NCBI RefSeq assembly: GCF_000142905.1 | Contig: NW_013657630.1 | Location: forward strand, 1 to 64,000 | DNA: 64,000 nucleotides | Reading direction: 5' to 3' | DNA from: Thecamonas trahens ATCC 50062 | Lineage: Eukaryota; Protista; Apusomonadida | Shown: in pieces, positions 47,860 through 58,243 of the stretch | How positions within the stretch are numbered: position 1 is the first letter of the stretch | How the letters are laid out: each line of letters opens with the position of its first letter | Position numbers and translations under genes: made by a program | Notes under the pieces: generated by a model | What the model saw: the letters and a program-made list of their open reading frames with translations, nothing else | Told to the model about the DNA's origin: nothing | Database searches by the model: none

Positions 47860-50832
47860 ATGTCCTACCAACCCCCTCCCAAACCGGCCCCTCCTCCCCG
47901 GCCAGCCAAGCCACCTGTGCCCGAGCCGCCGACCTCGTCCGGTCTCCCGCCGCCACCGCTGCCTCCGCCGGCACACTCGCCTGCGCCACCCATGCCCGCA
48001 CCGCTGCACCCTGCCGGGAACCGCGGCCATGCCGGATCGGCACCCGGGCCTGCCCTCCCTCCTCCGCCGCCGGTACTTGCGCTCGATGCGACAGGGGTCG
48101 ACGAGGCGTACTACGACAACCTCGAGGACGACGTCAACGATGACGACGACGACGACGACGACGACAACTACGATGATGATGACGATGATGATGACGATGA
48201 CGTCGACGAAGAGGAAGAGCTGCGGAGGCGCAGGGCTACCGGCCGATCTGACGATGGCCTCTTCGGCAATGTCCTCTCCGAGCTGATCAAGGCCCGCGTG
48301 CCCGGACGGAGGCAGTCGGGCAGGTCTCGCAGCGGACGGACGCTGCCGTCGACGCCTGGTGAGCCGTCCCGGCTCTCATCGTCGTCAATGGCTGCTGCAG
48401 CTGCCGCACGGGCGGCAGGTCCAGTCAGAGGCGGTGGGAACGGCTCTCCGCGTCGGCTCGCCCACGATGGCTCGCTCACTACGCCGTCGGGCTCGCCGCG
48501 CTCCAAGCGGGCGTCGCTGGCGGCAGACGACTCGCTGACCGAGGGCATTTCGTCGAACGACGACGAGACGGCCGAAGACTTCTCCGACGACGAATACTCG
48601 ACCATGCTGGCGTATGGCCACTTTCAGTCGGCCAACGCGTCCAAGGACTCGTTCCGCTACGTCGCCAACACCCTCCTGCACTCGTCGCTCTCCATCGATG
48701 ACCCGACGCTTCCGCCGCCGCTCCCGCCGCCAGCCGCCGCGCCTTCTAACCTCAGCACCCGCAGCCCGCCGCCGCCGCCGGCCGGCTCACTCGCCACCCC
48801 GGCAAGCCGCCAGGCCTACCGTGCCCAGCGCGCCTCGACCTCGGGCACCTTTGGCCTCCTGTCTGAGCGCCCCAAGAAGCCCGCCCGCCCGCCGCCGCGC
48901 CCGCCTAGCATGCCGTCGTCGCCCGCCTCATCGCCGCCGGTCTCACCGTCATCGGGCTCGTTCCCCGCTCCGCCGCCGGCGCTCTCGACCCGTCCCCCGC
49001 CGGTCGGCCCGCGGGTCTCGTCGCAGCGCTCGTCAACGATAACCGCGCTCTCGCGGAGCGCGCCGCCGCTTCCGCGCTCGCGGCCGTCGTCGATGCCGCT
49101 CAAGGCCCGCATCGCCCCGCCGTCGTCGTCGCTCGGCAAGCGCATGTCCGCGCCCGTCGACTCCTTCCGCACCTCGACTCCGCCACCGCCCGCCCTCCTC
49201 CTCGCTCCGCTCCCGCTCGTCCCGCGGCTCGCGCCCGACACCCGCACCGCCCTCGAGTCGGCCCGCTCCCGCGGCAAGCCGTCGTCGTCGCGGTCCGGCA
49301 CTGCGCCCGGTGGCTCCCAGTCGCCGCGCGGTAAGCGGTTCTCACGCGACCTCTCGACCCGCACGCCGCCGCCACCGCCGGCCCCAGCGCCTGCAACCGC
49401 CTCGCCGCCGCGGACCAAGCCACGGGTCTCGGTGCCGGGCGCCGACGCGCAAGCCAAGAAGACCAAGATGAACCTCGCTCGCGACATCAACCTTCTCGGC
49501 GCTGCTCGCGGCATTTTCGAGCCCGAGCCTGTTGCGGAAGAATACGTTGATCGGGCCGACCTCCGATGGATGACCGCCGACGAGCACATCGCCGCCTTTG
49601 GCGAGGGCTCGACCGAGATCCGCGAGATCGACGCCGCCTCGCTCGCTGCCCTCGTGGAGCAGGCCACCCACAAGCGGTCGAACACCAAGCTCCAGATGCA
49701 GCTCCTCCTCTCGTACCCAGGCTACACCACAGCCCACGACCTGCTTGCTGCCATCATCGACCGCTACTGCATGGAAGTGCCGCTCGGCCGCGAGAAGGAG
49801 GTCATCCCGGTCCGGGTCCAGGCCTTCCACATGCTCAAGCTCTGGCTCGCCGAGCGCCCGTTCGACTACACCGAAGACCCCAAGCTGGCCGACGCGCTCC
49901 GCGCCTTTTTCGACGGCACTCTCCCCTCGATGGGCCTCGCCCGCACCGGCCAGGTCCTCAAGCGCTGCCTCGCAAAGACGCTCGAAACATACTGCGGTGA
50001 CGGCCAGTCGCTCAAGGCCTCAGACATCCTCTCGGCCCACGCCATGATCAAGGCGCCCGCCGCCGCCACCATGGGCCTCGCCTGGACCGACATCTCGGAC
50101 AAGATCCTCTCGGAGCAAGTTACCCTCTATGATGTCGAGCTGTTCAAGAAGATTGGCGTCCGCGAGCTGTTCAACAAGGCCTGGTCCGACAAGCACCGCA
50201 AGCATGAGCGCGCGCCCAACGTGCTTGCCGTCATCTCATGGTTCAACCACTTTTCGTCGTGGATCATCACCCAGATCGTCTCCGAGACTTCGTTCAAGGC
50301 CCGCGTTAAGCTCGTCGCCCGCTTCATCACCCTCGGCAACCACTTCCGCGTCCTCAATAACCTCTCGGGCGTCATGGCCGTCGTCGCCGCTCTCAAAACC
50401 GCAGAGGTCAAGCGCCTCGCAAAGACCTGGGAAAAGATGTCGTCCGCCGACATGCTCCGCTTCGAAGCCCTCACCGACATCGTCTCCATGAAGAAGAACT
50501 ACGCCAACATGCGCCGCATCGCGAACTCCACCCCCGATGACGGCTTCTGCCTCCCCTACCTCGGCATGTACCTCTCAGACCTGACCTTTATGGAGGACGG
50601 CAATGTCGACACCGTCGACGACGGCCTCATCAACTTTCGCAAGTGGCGCGGTGTTGCCTCCATCATCGGCATCATCCAGCGCCATCAGAAGATGCAGTTC
50701 AACAAGCCTGTCCACACCGCCGTCCGCGCCTACATCAAGACCGCCACCATCTTTGACGACGAGCGCGCCTACGAGGAGTCGCTCCTCCGCGAGCCGCGTA
50801 AGAAGAAGCGCAAGAAGGCTACCAAGAAGTAG
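47860..50832 (+). CDS. RasGEF (REM + CDC25) with long Pro-rich N-terminus
   Basis: AASLAALVEQAT, LLSYPGYTT, EQVTLYD, LNNLSGVMAVVAAL and LPYLGMYLSDLTFMEDGN..GLINFRKWR. Confidence 0.93.
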   Translation: MSYQPPPKPAPPPRPAKPPVPEPPTSSGLPPPPLPPPAHSPAPPMPAPLHPAGNRGHAGSAPGPALPPPPPVLALDATGVDEAYYDNLEDDVNDDDDDDDDDNYDDDDDDDDDDVDEEEELRRRRATGRSDDGLFGNVLSELIKARVPGRRQSGRSRSGRTLPSTPGEPSRLSSSSMAAAAAARAAGPVRGGGNGSPRRLAHDGSLTTPSGSPRSKRASLAADDSLTEGISSNDDETAEDFSDDEYSTMLAYGHFQSANASKDSFRYVANTLLHSSLSIDDPTLPPPLPPPAAAPSNLSTRSPPPPPAGSLATPASRQAYRAQRASTSGTFGLLSERPKKPARPPPRPPSMPSSPASSPPVSPSSGSFPAPPPALSTRPPPVGPRVSSQRSSTITALSRSAPPLPRSRPSSMPLKARIAPPSSSLGKRMSAPVDSFRTSTPPPPALLLAPLPLVPRLAPDTRTALESARSRGKPSSSRSGTAPGGSQSPRGKRFSRDLSTRTPPPPPAPAPATASPPRTKPRVSVPGADAQAKKTKMNLARDINLLGAARGIFEPEPVAEEYVDRADLRWMTADEHIAAFGEGSTEIREIDAASLAALVEQATHKRSNTKLQMQLLLSYPGYTTAHDLLAAIIDRYCMEVPLGREKEVIPVRVQAFHMLKLWLAERPFDYTEDPKLADALRAFFDGTLPSMGLARTGQVLKRCLAKTLETYCGDGQSLKASDILSAHAMIKAPAAATMGLAWTDISDKILSEQVTLYDVELFKKIGVRELFNKAWSDKHRKHERAPNVLAVISWFNHFSSWIITQIVSETSFKARVKLVARFITLGNHFRVLNNLSGVMAVVAALKTAEVKRLAKTWEKMSSADMLRFEALTDIVSMKKNYANMRRIANSTPDDGFCLPYLGMYLSDLTFMEDGNVDTVDDGLINFRKWRGVASIIGIIQRHQKMQFNKPVHTAVRAYIKTATIFDDERAYEESLLREPRKKKRKKATKK

Positions 50833-51082
50833 TTTGCGCCCCTCCCGTACTCAATCTCTCTCTCTCCACCCCCCTTTCTCCGTCCCCTTCGCTTGCTCGC
50901 GATCTCCTGCGTTGGGGTTTTTGCTTCACAAACTACATCAGACGTCGCTCGCGACATCGTCATCATCATACACCCTCCCTCCCTCCAGAGCCTTGCAGTG
51001 CATCTGCTGCCACCGCACCCTCACACTCGACGCCCATACATACCGGGGTGGAGCGCAAGAGCCAAAGGCGGTGGCAAGACCA

Positions 51083-52428
51083 TCATGCCTTTTGCCGCAG
51101 CGCCGTCGTGGTGAACGACGCCAAGTAGTTGCGGTAGTTGACCTTGACAAAGGCGGCGAGAGCCTCGACGGCGGCGGCAAACGATCCTACGTTGCGCTCC
51201 TCGCCGGGCCGCGGGAAACGCCCGCTGAGCATCGCGCACCGGGCCCGCTTCACAGTCCAGTTCTGCAGCGCCCGCGAGACCGACTTGTGGTTCTTGACGT
51301 GCATCAGCTTGGCCGCCCGCGTCTGCGTCAGCCCCGTGTGGTTCATCAGCAGATACCACGCCAGCTGCCGCGCGAGATGCACCAGCGGCTTCTTGGACGT
51401 CGACCGGACCACGTCCGTCGTCATGCCAAAGCCGCCGGCCACAGCCTGCACAATCGTCCGCACCAGCGGCTTGGCCGCGCTCAGCGAGTCACCACCGCCA
51501 CCGCCCGCCCACTGCAGACCTGCGAGTCCGAATCCAGGTCTCCAATCGGGGCGATGCGCTTGCGCGAGAGGTTGGCCACCACCGCCGTTTCAGGCGCAGC
51601 AGCCTCCTCCTCACCATGATCATCGCCATCGCCATCGCCATCGCCAGCCTCGCCGAGGTCGAGCTTCCGGTTGCGTGCCCGTGGCGACGCCGACGGCGGC
51701 GATGAGCTGACAGCCCGCGGCGATGGGCCGCGCGACTGCGCCGGCGAGCTTGCCGAGCTGCCCGAGCGCTGCGACGAGACCGACCGCCGCGACGAGGGCG
51801 ACCGCCGTGACCGAGTCAAGCATGCCTCGGGACTGGGTGTCCGCCCGGTCGGCGTCTGGGGCGACGCAAGCAGGCGCGACGCAAGCAGGAGCGAGTCAAA
51901 GCCCGACGGCGAGAGCGGCGGGTCGGGCGAGGCCGGAGGTTGGCGGCGGCGGCGGCGGAAGGACGACGATGATGACGACGACGGCGGCGGCGGCGATGTG
52001 TGGCCCGACGGCGAGGCGAGGACGGCCTGGCGCTTGTTGGCCGGCCCGCCACAGGCATACTCATAGCCCAGGCCGGCACCAGAGTCACCCCGTCCGCGCT
52101 TGCGTCCGCTCTTCCCCGCCCCTTCCGCTTCCCTCCGGGGGCTGCCGGCAGGAAAAGACCGTGCGTGGCCCGGGCGGCAATGGATAGCGCTGCCGGTGGC
52201 GGTAGATTCTACCGCCAAACCGGAGTGGCTGCCGGCCGGGCGGCACTTTGTAGAATCTACGCTCGAGCCGCCAGCCGAGCTCGCCGGCTGGCGGAAGACA
52301 ATGGGGCCAGACAGCTCGAGGCAGCTTGGGTTTCGGCTAAGGGTAGCTCTAGTGTATGTGGGTGTGCTCCGCATGGTGGGACTGGTGCCACTCGCCTGGA
52401 GCACTGGCAGAGCTGTCGTCCGTCCCAT
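51083..52428 (-). CDS. Disordered basic protein with C-terminal DnaA domain IV-like helix-turn-helix; -1 frameshift at ~51509
   Basis: IVQAVAGGFGMTTDVVRSTSKKPLVHLARQLAWYLLMNHTGLTQTRAAKLMHVKNHKSVSRAL resembles Bac_DnaA_C; one extra G joins it to ORF 51481-52428. Confidence 0.65.
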
Positions 52429-53306
52429 GCCGTCACTCGCTGGCCGCTGCGTGGGTCAAGTGCTCCCGCCGCTCCGCCCACCAATCGATTTTGCCGCTGC
52501 CTGTTTTTGTGGGACATTTGCGCTGCCTCCTTTCTCGCCTGCTTCCTGCCGCCGGTCCAGAACCACGGCCCAAGGCCATGGAATGCGGCATCCACTTCTA
52601 GATCTCCCTTCGCAAGCCTTGACGGCCCCTCCTCGCCCCTCCAATATCAGTATCCTCTTCGACACATGTCATGTCTCTCGCTGCACTTGTCCTGCCAGCG
52701 GCCTTTGAGGGCGAGCGACAGCGATCAAAGCAAGAGAGACACAATCTGACGCCATCACATCGTTGCAGAGGCTATAGCGTAGCTTGAGTTGAAAAATCTT
52801 CTCGTTGCGACAAGCTCTGCCATGCCTACAGTCCTAGACGCGTAAGCGGTTTGCCGTCTCAGAAAAGCCGATCACGAATTGCACAAAGTGCGCCAATCGC
52901 CACTTCATTTTGGCGCCATTTCCACCCTCGTCCCCTGCTTCACCCCCATCTACGCACCAACCACCCCTCTCCGCCCCCCCCCCCTCCACACACAGCTGGC
53001 CAGCATGCTCACACTACGGGACAATCAGATCTCATCTCCGCCCGCGATCTCGAGCCATCTGCGGCTCTACCGTTCCAATCGCACCGAGGCAATCAAGAAA
53101 ATGACGAGTGACTGCGCATGGCATGGAGGGAGGTAAAGTTGGCCCACTGGCGTCTTCAACCCCCCCTGGTACGCGGAAGGTGGCCCTGATTTCAACAGCG
53201 TTCCGGCTACAGAATTTGATTGGCTTGCACTACGTCTGTACGCGGTGGTGTCGTTGTGGGTGAGACAGAGATGCCTGTGGCCGGCGTGCGTGTTTGACCG
53301 CGGTCA

Positions 53307-54422
53307 ATGTGCTGTCCGAGGTTGCTTCTTGCATCCCGCCACACTCGACTCGGCATCATGCTGCTCGATCGGGCGCGACAAGTGGTCATCATGGGCATGC
53401 GGATACAGCAGACGAGTGTGGGCCGAGCCCAGGGGGCTGCTGCCGCCGCGGCAGCCACCGAGGTCTCCGAGTGGCTGGCACTGGTTGCCGAGGTGGCGAA
53501 AGAGGCGTCGGCGTTGTCTGGTGCGAACAGAGAGGCTGGGGCTGAGGCCGAGGCTGATGCCTCCGCCGGGCTCGCCGACGCTATTGCGACGGCCGAAGAC
53601 GCCCAGATTGACGAGATGTACCATTTGGCGCTGGATGAGGCGGCGTGTCCGGGCGGCGGCGGCGGCGGAGCGTATGTGGCGATCGCGCCGGGTGCAGGAG
53701 GGGCGGATGCCGGCGAGTGGGCGCAGATGCTGGGCGCGATGTATCTGCGATGGCACGGGCGACACGCGCGCGGGCGTGATGCCTCGCAGGCGGCATGCAA
53801 TGCAGCCGGGGCCCATGGCGTCGATCTTGTGCTTCCGGGCGTGCGGGCCGAGGGCTGGCTGGCGCACGAGACGGGCGTCCACAAGCTGGTCCGCCGCTCG
53901 CCCTTTGCCAGCGGGCGGCGGCACACCTCGTTTGCCTCTGTACGAGTCCTCCCACTGCCTGGCGAGGCTGCGCGCGGCCCCGACGGTGACTCGCTCCTTG
54001 CCTCGCCCGACGTGAGGGTTGAGACGTTCCGGGCGTCGGGGCCGGGCGGGCAGAGCGTGAACACCACCGACTCGGCCGTCCGCCTCACCCACCTGCCGAC
54101 CGGCATCTCGGCCGTCGCCGCCGATCGCTCGCAGGGTGGGAACAAGCGGACAGCAGCACGGACGCTGGCTGCCAAACTAGCTGCTGCCGCCGCCGATGCT
54201 GCCGCCGCCGACTCGGCTGCCGCCTATGCCGCTCTGGATCGCAATGCTTTTGGTTCGGGTGGTGTGGTGCGGTCGTACGTGCTCGACCCGTACACCATGG
54301 TCAAGGATGCTGCCACAAGCATCAAGACGCCACTGGTCCACGATGTGCTTGACGGTGGTGCCTCGCTCGACACACTCCTTGTCGCCGGCCTCGAGGCCCG
54401 CCTCGCGTCGCCGGCCCACTGA
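53307..54422 (+). CDS. prfB: Bacterial-type class I release factor RF2 (probably mitochondrial); start uncertain
   Basis: GAGG..A.EWAQML, ETGVHKLVRRSPF (SPF motif), RRHTSFASV, SGPGGQSVNTTDSAVRLTHLPTGI and RSYVLDPYTMVKD. Confidence 0.85.
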   Translation: MCCPRLLLASRHTRLGIMLLDRARQVVIMGMRIQQTSVGRAQGAAAAAAATEVSEWLALVAEVAKEASALSGANREAGAEAEADASAGLADAIATAEDAQIDEMYHLALDEAACPGGGGGGAYVAIAPGAGGADAGEWAQMLGAMYLRWHGRHARGRDASQAACNAAGAHGVDLVLPGVRAEGWLAHETGVHKLVRRSPFASGRRHTSFASVRVLPLPGEAARGPDGDSLLASPDVRVETFRASGPGGQSVNTTDSAVRLTHLPTGISAVAADRSQGGNKRTAARTLAAKLAAAAADAAAADSAAAYAALDRNAFGSGGVVRSYVLDPYTMVKDAATSIKTPLVHDVLDGGASLDTLLVAGLEARLASPAH

Positions 54423-54430
54423 TCACTGCT

Positions 54431-55862
54431 TTACTCGCGCCGGCGCTTCGATCCGGCCTTGGCCTTCTTGCTTTTGGTCTTGCCCTTGCCCTTGGTCTTG
54501 GCCTTGGCAACAACCTCGACCTCAGCCGGGGCCTTGGCCTTACCCTTGGCCTTACCCTTGGCCTTGGCCTTGGCCTTGGCCTTACCCTTGCCGCCGGTGG
54601 TCTTGGCCTTCTTCTGCGCCGGCTCCTCGTCGTCCTCCTCGTCAAACACGACGTCGTCATGGTCGATGTCCTCGGTGATGGCGACAGCTTCGGCCTCGGC
54701 CTCGACCTCGACCTCGGGCTTGGCGCGCGTGGCACTGACCGGGCCGACGGCGACGGTGGTGAGACGGGCGCCCGAGTCGATGGTGCCGATGTGGGCGGCG
54801 GCAAAGTTGTCGTCGGGCGTGCCGATGGCCCAGATGGCCATGGTGCCGTCGGATGAGGCCGAGGCGAGAAAGGCGACGAGACCGTCAAAGTCGTGCGCGG
54901 CGGCGTGCGGCGGGCGGAAGACGGCGAGCGAGCGGACGCGCGCCGTGGTCGGCGCTTCGAGCTCGTGGATCGGCTCGCCGGCGGCGACGTCGTAGATGGT
55001 GACCAGTCCCGAGTCGAGAGCAACCGCGATATACGTGTCGTTGAGCCAGACGGCGTCGGAGAGCGCGGCGCGCGGCGGCGTATCGTACGAGCCAATCTCG
55101 GCGCCGTCCTCGGCCGAGACGACGCGGAGCGCGGCGCGGTCGGCGACGAGGTACGCCAAGCCGGACGGTGCCCACGCCAGCGCACGCGGTTCAGCCATGC
55201 TGCGGGTCGAGAACTGGGCACGCCCGGTGAGCAAGTTCCACATCTTGAGCCCGCCGGCGGCATCGACCGAAATGGCGAGCCGGCCCGAGGGATGCACAGC
55301 AACTCGCCGCACGCCGGCCTTGTGTCCACGCAGCGCCTTGATCCGCGCCCAGTCCCGCGTCCGCCACAGGCACAACGTCGTGTCTGCCGACGCCGTCACC
55401 ATGTACCCGTCGCCAAAGAACGCCAGATCGTCGACCGCGCCCGAGTGTTCCAGCAGCGAGCCGCGCTCGCGCATCTTGACCATGTCAAACAGCTGGACCG
55501 AGTCGTCGGCGGCGCCGGACACCATGTGCTTGCCGGTCTCTGAGAACGCCACCACCCGGACGGATGCCGTGTGCGGTTCCGCACCAAAGATGGTCAGATG
55601 ACTGACACTGCGCCGCGTCGATCGATATCCTCACTGTGAGTGACCTGCGCAACCGAAAGCGGGCGGTGTGTGTGTGGGGGGGCGGTGTGTGTGGTGGGGG
55701 GGGGGGGGGGCTTGTATAAAAATTGTTACCCCACCCCCCACCCACCCCCCATCCCCCTTCCTCCTCCTCCGGCTCGACGTACCTCATGTCAGCTTCGACC
55801 AGCACCTCGTAGCCAAACAGCTTGTGGGTGTAGGTACCTGCGCACAGGACAAAGGAGGTCAT
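54431..55862 (-). CDS. PAK1IP1: WD40 ribosome-biogenesis protein MAK11/PAK1IP1; exon 1 55783-55862, intron 55608-55782
   Basis: Spliced MTSFVLCAGTYTHKLFGY..HTASVRVVA; SGAADDSVQLFD, ERGSLLEH.G, WRTRDW, VHPSGRLAISV and WNLLTGR; K-rich tail. Confidence 0.88.
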
Positions 55863-56132
55863 TCCTGATGTGTGTACAGGGAGTGGAGTGTGTATGAGTG
55901 TGTATGTGGGGGAGATAGGGGTGTGCACGGAGTGTGTTGTGGAGGCGAGCGGTGGCTGTGGCTGCCGTCGTCCGAAGATGGATGCGGTGATGGGAAGGGA
56001 GGTGGGGGGTGGGGGGAGGGGGGAGGGGGGGGGGGGGGGAGGGGGGGATGGCCACATGCACCACATGCACCACATGTACCACACTACCACACGCGGCCAT
56101 TACCATGTCACTGCCCACTGCGGTATCATTCA

Positions 56133-56487
56133 GGATGATGATGATGATGCCGATGGTGATGATGATGATGGTGATGGTGATGATGATGGTGGTGGTGGTA
56201 GCGATGACGGTCTTGGTGGCGATGATGGTGACGGCCGATGATGGTGGCGATGAGGTTGAAGAAGACAACAACGATGACCTTGACGATGACAACGATGATG
56301 ATGACAATGATGACGAAGACGAAGACGACGACGATGATTACCCATGACCATGACCACAACCATGACCATGACCACAACCATGACCATGACCACAACCATG
56401 ACCATGACCACAACCATGACCATGACCATGACCACAACCATGACCATGACCACAACCATGACCATGACCACAACCATGACCATGACC
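56133..56487. repeat. Low-complexity (GAT/GAC)n and 18-bp (catgaccatgaccacaac)n array before a gap
   Basis: Visible tandem units, followed by an N-run at ~56505-56604. Confidence 0.9.
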
Positions 56488-56615
56488 AGACCCACGAAGA
56501 CATANNNNNNNNNNNNNNNNNNNNNNNNNNNNNNNNNNNNNNNNNNNNNNNNNNNNNNNNNNNNNNNNNNNNNNNNNNNNNNNNNNNNNNNNNNNNNNNN
56601 NNNNCCCCCCCACCC

Positions 56616-58239
56616 ATGTCCACCCCCCGCACCGTCCTTCCACAACCTCTTCGCCCTGGAACAGTCGGCCCTCGAACGGGTCCTCTCCGCCCTCTGGAAC
56701 CGCACTGCGGCTGCAGAGGCTGCTGCTGCCGCCGCCTCCCGCTCGGCGGCCGAACTGTCGGCGACGGTTACGGCGGCGGCGGCCGATGCTGCGGCGGCGG
56801 CCGATGCGGCGTCTTCGGCTCAGCACACGGCGCTTGTTCTCTCGGCTCAAGTCGATGATCTGGCTGCTCGTCTCGCTGCTGTCGAGTCGGCTCGCGCCGC
56901 CGAGGCTGCCCAGACCGACGAACGCGCTGCTGCTGCTGCTGCTGTTGATGCTCGCCTCGACGCGCTGGAGGCCCGCCTCGCCCGCGCCGAGTGCGGAGAG
57001 GAGATGCTGTCCGAGCTTGACTCGCTGCGGTCCAAGGTTGACGACCTGACTGCCAAGCTCGCCGCCCTCACCATCGACGATCTGGTCGAGGCCAAGGCCA
57101 AGGCCGAGGCCATGGCCATTGTCGAGGACGATGGCGAGATCCACCACTACGAGTCGATGGCTCTCTCGGGCGAGCTCGTCATCGAGCCGCCTCGCCTGCG
57201 GCACTCGCGCTCGCGGGAGGGCTTGTCGGCCTCGCGCTCGCCCACCTCGGCGCCTGCCCGCGCCCCAGCCACCGGCCCGTCGAGCCACACCCCGTCGACC
57301 GCTGCCTCGCTTCCGCGCCCGCACGGAGTTACTCTTCGCCCGGGCATGGACATTGTTGGCGCCGACGCTGCCGCCGCCGCCGCCGAGACCGACGACGACG
57401 CCGCCGCTGCCGCCGCCGCATCCGCCGCCGCCGCCGCCGCTGCCGCCGCCGCCTCCGCCGCCGCCGCCTCTGCTGCCGCCGCCGCCCACCCATCGGGCCT
57501 CTCGCAGACACTCTTGGACGCCCGCCTCGCGCTCGCCGCCCGAGACTCGGAGGCTTCGCTCACCGCCATGATGGAGGCTTTTGAGGAGAAGGCCTCGACC
57601 CAGTTGCACTCGTACGCCTCGCTCAACGAGACCGTCAACGTCAACCGCGCCGCCCTCGAAGGCGTCCTTGCCGACGTCGCTGCTCTGAGCGCAGGCCTGG
57701 CCTCAGTCGCCAAGGCCGCAGAAACCCGCGCTGCCATTGACGCGCTTGACGCCAAGCTTCGCACCCTTGCCGAGGTCACCAACACCAACGTCGAGCTCCT
57801 CGCCCGGACCTGCGCGTCCAAGGCCGACGCTGTCGACGTCGACCACTTGTTTGACACCCTCATCACCCCGCACGACGCTGATCCGGGCTCGCTCGCCGGT
57901 GGCCGCATTCACTTTCGCTGCATCTCTTGCAACGCCGTCCACCCCTCGCTTTCAGGCTGCGCCTCGCCGGGCTTTACTCGCTCCACCGGCCTCACCTTTG
58001 CCGACGGCTCCGCCGCCCATCCGCTCTTTGGCGCTGACAAGAGGCCTTACCGCCGCCCGTCTCGCCCCGCCACCGCGCTCCTCTCCACCACAGACTTTAT
58101 GGCCCCGGCCCCACCGGCCGCCAGCCCCGCCACAGCCTCGCCGCGGGCAGCCGCACACGCCGCCGCCCGCCCGGGCTCAGCCCCGCTCCATGTCCCCGGC
58201 CCGCGCCTCGCTTCGCGCCTCGCCTCGCGCGGCAGCTGA
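56616..58239 (+). CDS. Coiled-coil protein with DUF4795/QRICH2-like FRCISC motif; probable +1 frameshift just after the ATG
   Basis: Long Ala-rich coiled coil, KADAVDV and GRIHFRCISCN; the C6 run at 56623-56628 shifts the frame. Confidence 0.6.
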
Positions 58240-58243
58240 CGCC

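Noticed and set aside
5590-51510. Programmed ribosomal frameshifting as the explanation for split genes
   Set aside because: No shared slippery heptamer or stop context; all four bases and both directions occur, as expected for homopolymer errors.
53290-53300. prfB-type +1 frameshift site
   Set aside because: The sequence is GTTTGAC, not CTTTGAC, with no upstream SD-like motif, and the gene is translated in the cytosol.
56126-56503. Poly-His/Asp/Met-Thr ORFs
   Set aside because: Translations of microsatellite-like DNA next to a gap, open in all frames; no coding evidence.
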